Shown piece by piece: positions 1-11,902 of a stretch of 64,000 nt of DNA (its first letter is position 1; the number at the start of each line of letters is the position of its first letter). A program made the translations under genes and the position numbers. The DNA comes from a virus (Duplodnaviria; Caudoviricetes), in IMG/VR virus record IMGVR_UViG_3300029928_000003; one strand, 5' to 3'. Below the pieces are notes generated by a model, which did no database searches, had not been told where the DNA came from, and saw only the letters and a list, made by a program, of their open reading frames with translations.

Positions 1-417
1 CTATCTCATAGCGTAATTATTGTTTCTGACTATATAAGTACGTCTGCCCTAACTATCTTTATAAATCATATCTTTAACAGATGCTCCTTGAACTGCTAAA
101 TTATTTACTAATAAAATACTTGGATTCTCTTTAAATTCGTAAGTACTTAAAGATCCCGGTAATAAAATTTTTATATTTTGGAAATTAGTGTTTCCAACTA
201 TACCCTAGTCTTTTATAGTTTCTGCGGTAATAGGTTCATTTGTACTTTCTAAAGTTAATACCGCCTTGGATAGCTATTCCTATATTCTACTGTTCTATAT
301 AAGAACTTTAGCAATTGAATCTACTGAAAGTTCTTCTAAATTTAAGGAAGTAGGGAGACGATCAATATCAATCGCCTCCGACTTTCCTTGTATATCAAAA
401 GTTATTATACATCCCAT
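1..417 (-). CDS. 5' part of the next gene in the virion RNAP cluster (runs off the left edge of the window)
   Basis: ATG at 417-415 overlaps the TAA of the RNAP gene (TAATG). Reads MGCIITFDIQGKSEAIDIDRLPTS... and appears open to the edge with TAG=Gln. Confidence 0.7.
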
Positions 418-3400
418 TAACAATCATATTTTAATAATATCTAACCTCTATTCATATAAGTATATAATGCTTCTGCAACTTCTTGTGCATTTTTAGATGC
501 TAGTAATGTTCTTTTTATTTCATCCTTCGCATAGAAAGGCATTTTATAAGGAGCATAATCTATAAAAGCTTGATAAGCAGCTAAGTATCCTAATGGATTT
601 TTTGCCCTATCAGTACTATTTACTAAAGTAATAGCCCCGTTATATTTACCATAAGATCTTCTTTTAATTATTCTCTAGCCATGTTCTATTTCTATAACCA
701 TAGGAAATGTAGTACTATTTTCAGCTAATTTAGAAATAGTAGGTGCAATTCTATATAACGCATCATTAGTTGTATATCCAAATAATTTTAAATCATCAAT
801 ATTTTCAATCTAATCATTTGGATCTGCGTTATAATCAAATTTACCTGTAGTTCTTAATATCTAAGTAATTGCAGAATCATCTTCAATCATATCAATAAAT
901 TCGTTAAATATGGTAGTCATGCGATCTGAACCATATTGATTTTTATTTACCATATAATTGTAAAGCATAAACCAATCACTTAATGGTATTCCATTTAAAG
1001 TATATGATCTAAGTTTTAATAAATCGGTTAAACAATCCTGATATAATTTAGAATTACTTGGAGTAGTATCAATATTCTACATATCTAAGTTTAATCTTAT
1101 AAATGGTGACGAATCGTTCTAAAAATCTATGATAAGATTATCAATGAAAGCATTATGGCCGATCTATTTTTCAACCATTTCAGGATGCCCATTTTCATCA
1201 AGCACTAATTTACCATCTTCTGTCTTAACATCTTTATACGATCCAGATTGTAACTAAGGGAGAATCTATTCTTCCATTACTTTTTTAAATATTGCTCTAT
1301 GAGCTTCGATATCTAGTGATAATAATTCTGGGTATTCTTCTTTATAAGTACTAGGATAGAAATTTTTATCAAGTATATTGTAACCTGTAAATATGGGAAG
1401 TTGATAGTTTCCTTTTTTAAAAAATCTCAGACCTATTAAATCATCTGCATATCTACTTAAATTTTTAATCTAAGATTCATCTATTGTAGTATTAGGATAT
1501 TTATCATAAATATCTGCTAACATTAAACGGAGCATCTTAAATTTCTTTATATTAGTTTCAAACATACTAATTGCGACACTTAGGTTTTTCCATATTGCAT
1601 TATAATGTGGAAGTTTATCTGCAATGTCAAATATGTTCCAAGTATTTTTAATTAAATTATAAAAGTCTGATACGGCTTTTCTATAACCTGGTTCATTTTT
1701 TGCCCATCTAGCAAAATCAAATCGTTTTATAATATCAAAATCTTCTGCAGTTTGTACTATCTAAGTTACTACATCAGTATCTTCTCCAGAATATTCAGCT
1801 ATTATCTGTATAAACTTTTTAGCTTTTATGGGATTTTTATTAAAATCTAATAACCCCAAATCAGTCATTCTTCTCATTATAATCTTATTAAGATTATATA
1901 ATTTATAGAGTAGACTTTCTGGTTTAACCGCTATTCCCTGATTAAAACTTAATATGCTACTACCTAATGTACTTGTTTCTCCTGCTTGTTTATCTATTTC
2001 TTCAAATTCATATAAATCTTTAAAGAAATCTTCTCTACTTTCTTTAGGAATTAAACTCTTTACATATTCGATATTGTCACTAAGATTAAGTAATCCCCTA
2101 ATAGATGCATTATCTTGGTTATTAGAACTTAGATATTCAGACAATGGCATAATATCCTCACCAGATTTCCAAGTTTCCCAATAATCGAATAGTAAATCTT
2201 GTAATTTATAATAACCTTTGGGCTTCATTATAGGTTTGCCGTTCTTATCTTTTTTGGAACTAGGTTCTTCTCCTATAGGTAATGTGTGTAAGAAATCTTT
2301 TAATTTCTATAATTTACTTGTAGCAGAATTTGCTGCAGATATAGTTCTACCAGTTTCATAATCAGTAACAGTACCTGGTAAAAAATTATCTACCTAAAAA
2401 ATACCTTTTAATGTATTTACTGCTTGCCATACTTTACTTTCATAGTTATATTCATCATACATATTTCCTTTAGATAAATTAACTATAGCCTGTACGGCTG
2501 GGCTAGTCATAAAAGCTACAATGTCTTTCATATCGAAGCCCATCATTATTAAATGAATATAATCTTTAGCAAGATCTGTATTACAATTAATTTTTGCTAA
2601 TATAAGCTCTTTAGCATTCAATTTTATTATTCTTATATTTTCATATAAGTTTAGACTATATCTTAATTCAATATATTTGAATTCTCAGCACTTCGGATTT
2701 CTAAATCCTATTTTATTAAAATAGTCGTTGCACCATTGTATGGCTCAGAGATTACCCCAACCTTAAATCTTGTTACTATAGTAAGGTAATTATTCTTACA
2801 AGTAATTTAAGTTTTTAACAGGGCTTTTCCTGAATTCACTGAGTATTTTTATCCCACTGACTCTGCTTTTAAAGTGCCAAATATTTTTTTTACAGTGTTT
2901 TAAATCAGTGGCAGCTGATAACAGCTAAGAAATTAAGTCGTCTGCATATATTTCAGATCTATATGAATCTATTAAAGCATCATATTCCTTTTTATATGCA
3001 ATATAATTTGGGTCTTGATCTGAAATAGTTTTTAAACTTTCATTAGAAAGATTATATTTAAATAATAATCCCTACTATTTATAACCTAATTCAGTAATAG
3101 AAGCTAGTGCTTTTTCGCATCCTTCAAAATTAATATTTGCAATATGATCTACTGTTTTTGGTACTATATTTTTAGAATACCTACCCTATATTCTTGTATA
3201 AGTATGGCTAAATTTCATATTGTTTAACCATGTAGGATTATTTCTACGTAAACCTTCATTACAATACCAACTAACATTAAAGAATACTTTTTCACCTACT
3301 GCCGCAATACCAATAACCTATTTACCTACCATATTTTCTTCCTACATTCTAAATTTAGAAAGAGGATTAAATAATGATATTTTAAACGCAGCCGAACCAA

Positions 3401-6400
3401 GAGGGCTAGTATTAGCGGCTTCACGCATAATATCCATATTTACTGGAGAGTATGCCATATCCATATTTCTTGGATCTTGTATAATATCCTAAATATTATA
3501 GGATACTATATTACGTAGCACAGCTTCTAAATCTGATTGATTTATATTTGTAAGACTATGTATATTTAAATCGTTTAAGACACTATTTCCATCTACAGTA
3601 TCATCCCAAGTTACATAAGTAGTTAAACGCTTTGTTTTCTAATCGTAACTAATTTTATTATCTAACTAAACTAATAAATCAGCTTCTAATCTAAGCCTTT
3701 GTGCTTTGTTGATAGCTGATTCAATAGCTCTAATATTATCTGTAATATCAATTCCAGTATCCGCTTTCACAAAAGTAGCTCCTGTAGGTAATGGTAATCT
3801 CTGAGAGGCTCTTAATGTTTCAGGGGATGAGTAATCAAATAAATTACTCCATCCTATATATTTACCATTATCATCAAATTCTTGACCCATTATGTATGCT
3901 TTATCAATATCCGATTTATCTCATGTCTTTCAACACAAGTCCGACTATATCATCATTATATTAAAATATAATGTCTCGCACTTCGGAACCTGACTCTTGA
4001 AGTTTTATAAATTCTTCCTTAGTTAAATCTTTTCTTATCTTATAGAGAAAAGATGGAACCTGTTCTATGTATGGCTTTATTATTTTAATAAATTTTTCGC
4101 AGTCTAACTCAGAACTAGAAGCTATAGAGTATGTATTCCTACCCTCTTTAAAGGGTCTAAAATGTATACCCCATACTTCGTCGAAATAATTTATTATAGT
4201 TTTAATAGTACTATCATCAACACATGTTGCTATTTTAATAGTGTGTTGAATAGAACTTCTTTGTTTTGACGTATTAACATTAATACATCCATCATCCATA
4301 TACCAGATAGCTAATCCTAGAGGATTTAACCATTCTAATAGTTTTCTAGTAATAGTTTTCTTTGGAGTATAAACAGACCTACGTAATGCTTTTATTGTAG
4401 GAGTAAGTGACATTTGAGAATACAAAACACTTTTCCCAGTATTATATCCACATTTTGATATATATTCTTTTACTCCATTATTCTTGATTCCGTACTTGTT
4501 TAATAATCCCACTTTCCATTCCAAGTATTCTCTTTGTAATGGGGAATGAGAAAGCTTAAATACATAATTACTAGATATTGTCCCATCTCCTATCAATAGA
4601 GCTATTAATAAGCTCTTTTGTTCTTTACTAAGTCGAATAAATTTTCTTTTTGTCATATTTCGTTTAATAAAATTAGTTTTACTTAAACGAAAGTTCCTAC
4701 TCCCTTTCGGGATAGTCTGTGAACCTTCATCCTTATAAATATATAGATAATTTTGTCAACTGACAAGTCTTTTCTAAAAATATTTATCTAGGACGCTTGG
4801 CTGCGGATTGTCCAATCCTACATGCTTTTTACTATGTCAGCAATAGTTAGTTACTGCCTTTAGATGTATTCCTACTCTAAATTAGTACATATAGGCTCTA
4901 AGAAGTTCTCCGCAATTCACGAGATTTAAAGACTACAACTCTGTTTATAGTCTGAACCCTATAACCACGTCTAAAAATGGCTAACATAAGCTACATTTTT
5001 TTCACTTTCTGATAAAGCTACTAATTTCATCTACATAAACGATTGCAGGGTCTGTGCTGGAATACGAGAAGATATAAAGTATATTGAATTAGCAAAAGAT
5101 GAATATAATTCCTAAGCAAAAATATTATAATAGTCTACTAAGATATTATTATACTACTTAGCATACTCTGGATCTAACATAGTTTTCTTCTCTTGAAATG
5201 CCTTATCATATAAATTAATAATATTATTAAGGCAAGTCTTAAGAGTATTATTTACTTTTATATTAGGAATAATATCTTTTAATTGATTAAAAGTGCTTTC
5301 ACGTAAGTTAGTATTAAATCTAATTCCATTATAACTATCTATGTTATATAAATCAGAAATGATATTACTTATTCTTTTATCAATGTCTTTTTTAAATATA
5401 TTCTATACTTCTTTATTATTGATATTACCATTTGTATAATATCCAGCTTCTATAGAATCCCTATTAATAGAATAGACTGTAAAAGGTATTAATTCTTTAT
5501 TTTTACCTTGTTCAGTTATTTTATATTTTGATATATGTTCAAAGTACTTTCCTACCTTATCTCCATCTATTATCTTTAATCCCTAATCTTTAATATCTTT
5601 GTCTGTTAATATTTCTCCTTTACTATTCTTTATATTATTACCTTCTACAGAATAATTCTATAACCAGCTATAATGACCTACTTTTAGTAATTCTTGACGA
5701 TTTTTATCTAGGGCAATTACATCCCAACGTTGTCTTTGCGAGTCATATTCTAATTTAGTGCGCTTCCATCCTACATATTTAGGTGCTTTTGGGTCTAAGT
5801 TATTTACTTTAGGTCTAGTTAAAGTAATATATGTATTTCTACCATTATTCTTACTTAAAATAATATCGTACTTATCTGAATTAATCTAAGTAATTCTTCG
5901 GACTTTAAATACGTTTGGATTATCTAAGGCTTCAGCTAATGATTTATTTCCTAAATTAAATTTAGAAGCATATAGATTGGACATTACTAATTCGGCGGCT
6001 TCGTTTGTTAAATTGGTAATTTTATATCCTTTATAAATACCTTTAGCTAAGCCGTCAAATACTCTCTATACAGCTTTTCTATCCTTAGTATCTGTTAAGA
6101 AAGTATTTCGTACTTCTTCTGTATCAAATATATTAGTAAAGTGAGTATTTCCTTCATTATCCTAATACTCCCAACTAATCCTTGCTGGAGCTAAGTCTCT
6201 TGCTCTAGTAACATTCATAGCATATTCTATATTACCTACAATAGGCTATATAGTATCTGTTAATGTTCCATTTTTAGCAGCAATTCTTCCAGCTAAGAAC
6301 ATTCTTATATTAGCATCCCTTTCTTGTTCAGTAGGGTTTGGATTCGATTTGTTATAACCTTTGAATTGATAATAAGTATCAAGAGTATCTAAATTAATGG

Positions 6401-9400
6401 TATCTTTATATTCCCCATTTATATACACATTTACTACGTCAGAAGGTATAAAATCATTATTATTATCAACTTTTTCTACTGATTCCTATTTAGAATTTAA
6501 AAACTGTGCTATTAAAGCTTTATTATATTGAGTAATAGATTCTTGAGAAGGATCAAAATCATGAAATGCTTTAGTAGTACGGTTCCAACTTCGGGCTTGT
6601 TTTAGTACATCTTGTACTTGAAATATTTTACCATCATATTTATATTGCTATACTATATGATATGCTGGAACCATTACACATCCAGAGCCAGGGTACTTAC
6701 GTTTAATAGCTTTTTTATTAATTTCAGATATAAACGCAGTAGTTACTGTAGTGTATAAACTTGAATCGCTAAAAGGTGCTAGTAATTCATCTAATCTATG
6801 AGATGTATTTAAATTAAATTTCTTCTTTAATTCATTAACTATAGATCCAGCTAAATCCATATAGTTAGGTTTAGGTTTGTAATTTTCAATTAATACCCTA
6901 CCTAATAAATCATATAGTTCAGATCTAATTAAAGTTGTTGATAAATTACTATTCTAAGCTTGGATATATTTTGTTACTGCATCTATTTCTAATTTAGAAA
7001 CTAATACTGATAATTGTCCTAATGATTTATATACAAGTTTAGTTCTATCATGCAATCGTCCACCTGCTTCTAGAGCGGCAATAACCTATGAGAACTCAGT
7101 TAACTCAGCTTCATCAATAGTATGATCTGCGTCCATCTAGATCCCTAAACCATCAGTATCTAATGTCATATATCGTAAATTAGAAGAATCAGTCCAGGAA
7201 GAAGATGGGTTTATATTAGTAGCACCATTTTTAACAGCTGTATGATTAGCAACATAGTTAATCTACATTTCTTTTAATGGTTGATAAACTTCCCGCTAAT
7301 CTATAGTACTATAGTTTATATTTTTTGTCTGCTTAAACCCTATTGTATTTATAAAATCAACTACACCAAATGCGGCTACATCTGTATAATGCAACTCTCC
7401 ATTAGAATCTATTTCTTCAGCATAGATACCACCTAATGCATTATAAAGCTAAAATAATGAGTTAATTGTATGAGTTCCTTGTGGTGCTTCAACCACTTCG
7501 GTATTCATATCGGCCTTAACTTTTAGATGAGTTCCATCTGCTTTATAAAAATGATATACCTTATATTTTGATATAGAAACATTTCCCGAATCCCCTGATA
7601 TTGTAGTAGGTGCTTCTATAGTATAATAATTACCGTTAGCATCTCTTTTAAAGTCTAGTATTTGGTAGTGTCTGCCATTTTCTTCGTAGTATAATTTTCT
7701 ACCTCTTAATATCTAATCACCAAATACAATTTCTTTTCCAAGAAAGTCAGAATGGGTTAAATCGATTTCTTTCCTCTGTTCATTTGTCCAATTACCATTT
7801 TCATCTCGCCAAGCTTTATCAGTCATTTTCTTAAAGACATCATATAAATTAATATCATTATCTTTAAGAGAATTTCTCATTCGTTCAGCGGTTATTGTAA
7901 ATGTTGCAAATTTTAATAATACAGCTGACATTGTTCTTGAATCAAAATGATGCCAAATAGGTTTTTTATCTACCCCTACTTCCTAATCAAGTAATGCAAA
8001 ATTTTCTAATATAGAAGTAAATATATCAATTAAAGCACTACCATCATGAGCATCTTCTGTTGCAGAATCTCCTCTAAAATTATATATTGGAGCTTTAAGA
8101 TCTTCTATAACTGCAACATTCATTTTATGCCTAGGGCCTTTGATATTATTGCTCTATACATATTGTAAAGTTGCAGGGATAATTACATTACGTTTTAGCT
8201 AAGTACCCTAAGCAACATTAGTTATTTCAGTAACAGTCCTACTGTATACATTCTATACTACTCTGGCTATATTTTTATTCTTTATAGTCTAGATTTTCTA
8301 ATTTAGCCATACTAAATCATTTACTCTATCGTTAAATTTATAAGTACCATCTTCTAAAATTTCAGATAATTCTGGAACTTTATCGGGAGTAACATTAGCC
8401 TCAATTAATCTTTCATTAATATCTATTTTAGATTTATCTGGATGTGCTATTTCAGAACCAGTTAATTCTAATCTTAAATTATTAGCTAATAACGAATCAG
8501 TATAGAGATACTTTTCTAATAATGGATTAAGTTCTACGCTAACACCTTCTGGGATAGCTTCCCCTTGAATATATTCTTTACCACCAGCTTTAGCTAAAAT
8601 TAATTTATTATTCTTTACCCATTTTTGATAATAATCGGTCCGTTCAGCTGTCTTAGGAAACATTGATTCTATAATACTTTTTACAACATTTACAGATTGA
8701 GATTTACTTCCAGAATCATCAAAATTAGTTGTATAGAATATAGTATGTGAAGCAAGTAAATCATTAATAAAATTAACGCTTTCTCTTCTAAATATATCTG
8801 CTACAGCTTCGGGTGATTTTAGCATAGTACCCTAATATACTAAACTTTCATTCAGTTTACATCTTTTCTTTCCATTTATAGTAATAGCCCTATAATGAGT
8901 ATCTAACATAAGATCTACATGGTGCTGCTCAGCTAACTATAATAACTATTCAGGAGATAGTTTACTAATCCGCTCATTAATAGCTTCTACTGTGTTATAT
9001 TGTGGCCCAAATATCTTTGTATAATCAGATATAACATTATTTAATGCATTTTCATACGCTTTTCCTATAGTTTCTGAGAATAAGTCTATTAATTCTTCTG
9101 TATTTAATTGCCATATTGTTTTACCATTGTATGATTTACCCGGCATATTTAATGCCATATCTACCCTTACTGGATAAGTTACAAAAGAAACCTTATCGGA
9201 ATAAGTAGTAGGCTATATTAATACAGTGCCTGCTAATGGGTTCTTTTTAGCATTAAATTTTGAACCGTCCCAAGTAGGCTAAAAGAAATTACTATAAAAA
9301 TTCTATATAATAGACTGGTAGGATAATTCTCCAAGACTCATTTGTCTAGTATTTTTCTTAATACCAAATTTACTAGCAGAATCTGTATTAAATACAGGAT

Positions 9401-11897
9401 TAAGTACTAAATCATTAACTTTAGTAAACAATAGCGGAGTAGTAGCTTGCCCTTTTTCAACTTTCTCAGAATCTCTATATTTATTAATGTAATAATTTAA
9501 ATTACCTCCTAAATAAGAAGTTCTATTATTAGCAATAGCGTTATTATTAATATCCTTAGTAGTACTTCTAGAAATACTGCCAGTTAATATAGCTCTTGCT
9601 TCATTAAGATTATCGATCCACGCCGAACTCTAACCAAGTAAATAGATATCTGGAATACCTACTGCATTAGATCTAAATACCCCTTTAGGAATTCTATCAC
9701 TTTTAGGGAATCCGTATGAATTTAAGGCAGTAACTTTTTTACTTATATAATCTTTAAATTTTAATTTATCCCCAGAATATTCTGGATGAGTATTAAAATC
9801 ACTATATATTTTATCAATGGCTGTGGCTCTAACAGCATCAATAAGCATAGCATTAAGGAATGTACCCTATTGTGTATATCCTTGTTTATATAAGTATAAT
9901 GTATTTAAACCATTTTCAGAATAAAGATCCTAGTGTAGATAATCATCTAAGAATTGTAAAGTATTAACAAATAACTACTTTGCAACATCATTCTATGTAG
10001 GATTAAGTAAATCTTTTACATTTTCTATAGTACCTAAATCAATATCTTTAAACGCATCATTAAGTACCTTATTTAGATTAGCTTCAGTACTTCTATAAGA
10101 TTTATTATTAACTATAAATCGTAAAGTGCCGCTTCTATTAGTTGCTAATTGTTCCCCTGAAACATTTACTGCTATCTATACTTTAAGTGCTTGCCTATTT
10201 CCATTAGGATCCGTATATACTGTATTTAATAAAGTTACTGCTGCAGTACGGTTCTAATCACGTAATGTAACTTTGTATTTATTTAAACGTTTTTCTCTTG
10301 TTTCTTGTAAATCCCTAATTAGTCTAGTATTAATATTATTTATTACAGTGTATAAAGACTTAGTATCTGTATATTTCTTTTTAATAGATACTTGCTACAT
10401 ATTAGTAGCTGAACTGTATATAGACTATAAATAACTTGCTTCCATAGTTCTATCAGCTACTCCAGCAAGTACATTTAATTTAGGATAAGCAGTTCCAGAT
10501 AACCCTTTTTCTGTTATGTCTACTACATCAATTTTACCTAATTCTATAGCATATTTAGCAATAGAATAAAGAGTGTCTATATAATTTTGAGGAATACCCG
10601 CTTTTTTTGCAGCTTCCTAAAAGTTACTATTTATTTTATTACCTTGTATATCGTATATTGCCAAACACAACTATCTCATATAGTATGTTGGATTACTATG
10701 AAAGTTTAAGATTATCCTCTGTAAAGCTGGCCAAGAGTTAAATGAACTAGAAGTAAAAGCTTTCTAGAATAGTATAGAAAAAGCATTAGTAAAGTCATTC
10801 ATAGAACAGTTTTTACCTCGATAACCTGTTTCTGTGTATATCTTAATATCTGTGACAAGCAATTTAGAATATCTAGATATATCTTTTAATGCATCTCTAT
10901 TTTCTGAATTTAAATGATCTTTATGTTTATGGTCTGTTCCTATATAGAAATTATATTTTAAATAGTCTCTATCAACCTCACTTCCTTCAGTCCCTTTTAT
11001 AGGTCTGATAATATTATCGGTCATCTACTTTAAGCAATCATCAAAATATACTAAAGAAACATAAGAATTTAACGCCTAATAAAATAAGTCTGTATTTCCT
11101 GATATAGTCTTATACCAGCCGTTAGTTATTTTACTATCAAGTTCTCCTTTTTCTTTATATTCTGATAATAAATTAAAGAACTTATTAAGAGGAATAATAT
11201 ACTTAGAGTCTAGTTTTCCTTTAGTATTAAATACTCTTTTAGTCTCTGGGGTATAATTTTCATCTATTGATTGTAAATACTGAATAATATTATTGTAATA
11301 AGCATTCTTTAAGTTACATATAGAAATATTTAACTCTTCTGGAGTGCTAATACTTACATTATTCTTAGTGTCTACTATACATCTATGTAAAATTTCTCTA
11401 CCAAACTCATCTCTTCTAAATTTAGCTGCTTTTATATTAGTCCCATAAAACCCCTCTTCTATTTCTTGCAACTTCATAGCAGTACGAGTTTGTTCATTTG
11501 GCATATCTTCAGATCCTTCGATAGAAGGAGAATCAGGTTCCGTAACCTAAGTTACGGAAACCTTACCCTCTGCAATTTCTCCAAGATTTTTAGTTACTAA
11601 TTCTTTAAGATTAGCTTTCATAGTATCAGGTACTCCTTGCTATTCATCTATTCCCTAATTAATAAAATCTATTAGATCATATACAGACTTTTTAAAATCA
11701 GGATTATTAGTATCTTCTAAATTCCATTCGGCGTCTATTTTATCTTTGATAATCTTATCATATATTTCCTAAGCATTATCAGTACTTTTTGATCTTCTTT
11801 TTAAAGTTCTAAGTAATCTATCTCTAGTTTGAATATTTTTCTTATATGTATCTGAATTCTATTCTGCTTTTTTAAATAAATTTAATATACAACTCAT
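417..11897 (-). CDS. Virion-associated two-barrel DNA-dependent RNA polymerase (fused beta/beta'-like), about 3386 aa. Exons 11897-4947, 3911-2904 and 2618-417; TAG=Gln.
   Basis: All ORF-track fragments within each exon share one frame and end at TAG. Motifs seen: DAHDGS...KKPIWH...LKFA (beta-like barrel), SRIPAQ, spliced GSDY|DIDKAY (DxDxD metal-binding loop) and spliced SAATD|NAKEL. Exon lengths 6951, 1008 and 2202 nt are all multiples of 3. Confidence 0.92.
2619..2903 (-). mobile_element. Group I intron without an ORF (285 nt) in the RNAP gene, inserted at AATD|NAK
   Basis: P1: exon CCACUGAU pairs with intron GUCAGUGG (U.G at the splice site). Core: P GUGAAUUCAGGAAA, Q AAUCUCUGAGCC, R GCAACGACUA, S AAGAUAUAGUC. 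Omega-G at 2619. Removal restores the conserved ATDNAK motif. Confidence 0.9.
3912..4946 (-). mobile_element. Group I intron (1035 nt) inside the RNAP catalytic DYDID motif, carrying a LAGLIDADG ORF
   Basis: P1: GACUAU pairs with GUAGUC (U.G wobble). Core: P GAAUUGCGGAGAA, Q AAUCCGCAGCC, R UUCACAGACUA followed by a CCCGAAAGGG hairpin, S GAUAUAGUC. Omega-G at 3912. Splicing joins GSDY to DIDKAY. Confidence 0.93.
3961..4656 (-). CDS. Intron-encoded LAGLIDADG homing endonuclease (two-motif, I-SceI/LAGLIDADG_2-like), 231 aa
   Basis: Motifs LIALLIGDGTI and LAIWYMDDGC; lies within the group I intron core. Confidence 0.92.
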   Translation of the reverse strand: MTKRKFIRLSKEQKSLLIALLIGDGTISSNYVFKLSHSPLQREYLEWKVGLLNKYGIKNNGVKEYISKCGYNTGKSVLYSQMSLTPTIKALRRSVYTPKKTITRKLLEWLNPLGLAIWYMDDGCINVNTSKQRSSIQHTIKIATCVDDSTIKTIINYFDEVWGIHFRPFKEGRNTYSIASSSELDCEKFIKIIKPYIEQVPSFLYKIRKDLTKEEFIKLQESGSEVRDIIF

Positions 11898-11902
11898 TTT
11901 AA

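Noticed and set aside
3912-4946. Intein interpretation of the LAGLIDADG insertion
   Set aside because: The ORF has its own start and stop in a different frame, lacks intein C1/HN ends, and is enclosed by ribozyme elements.
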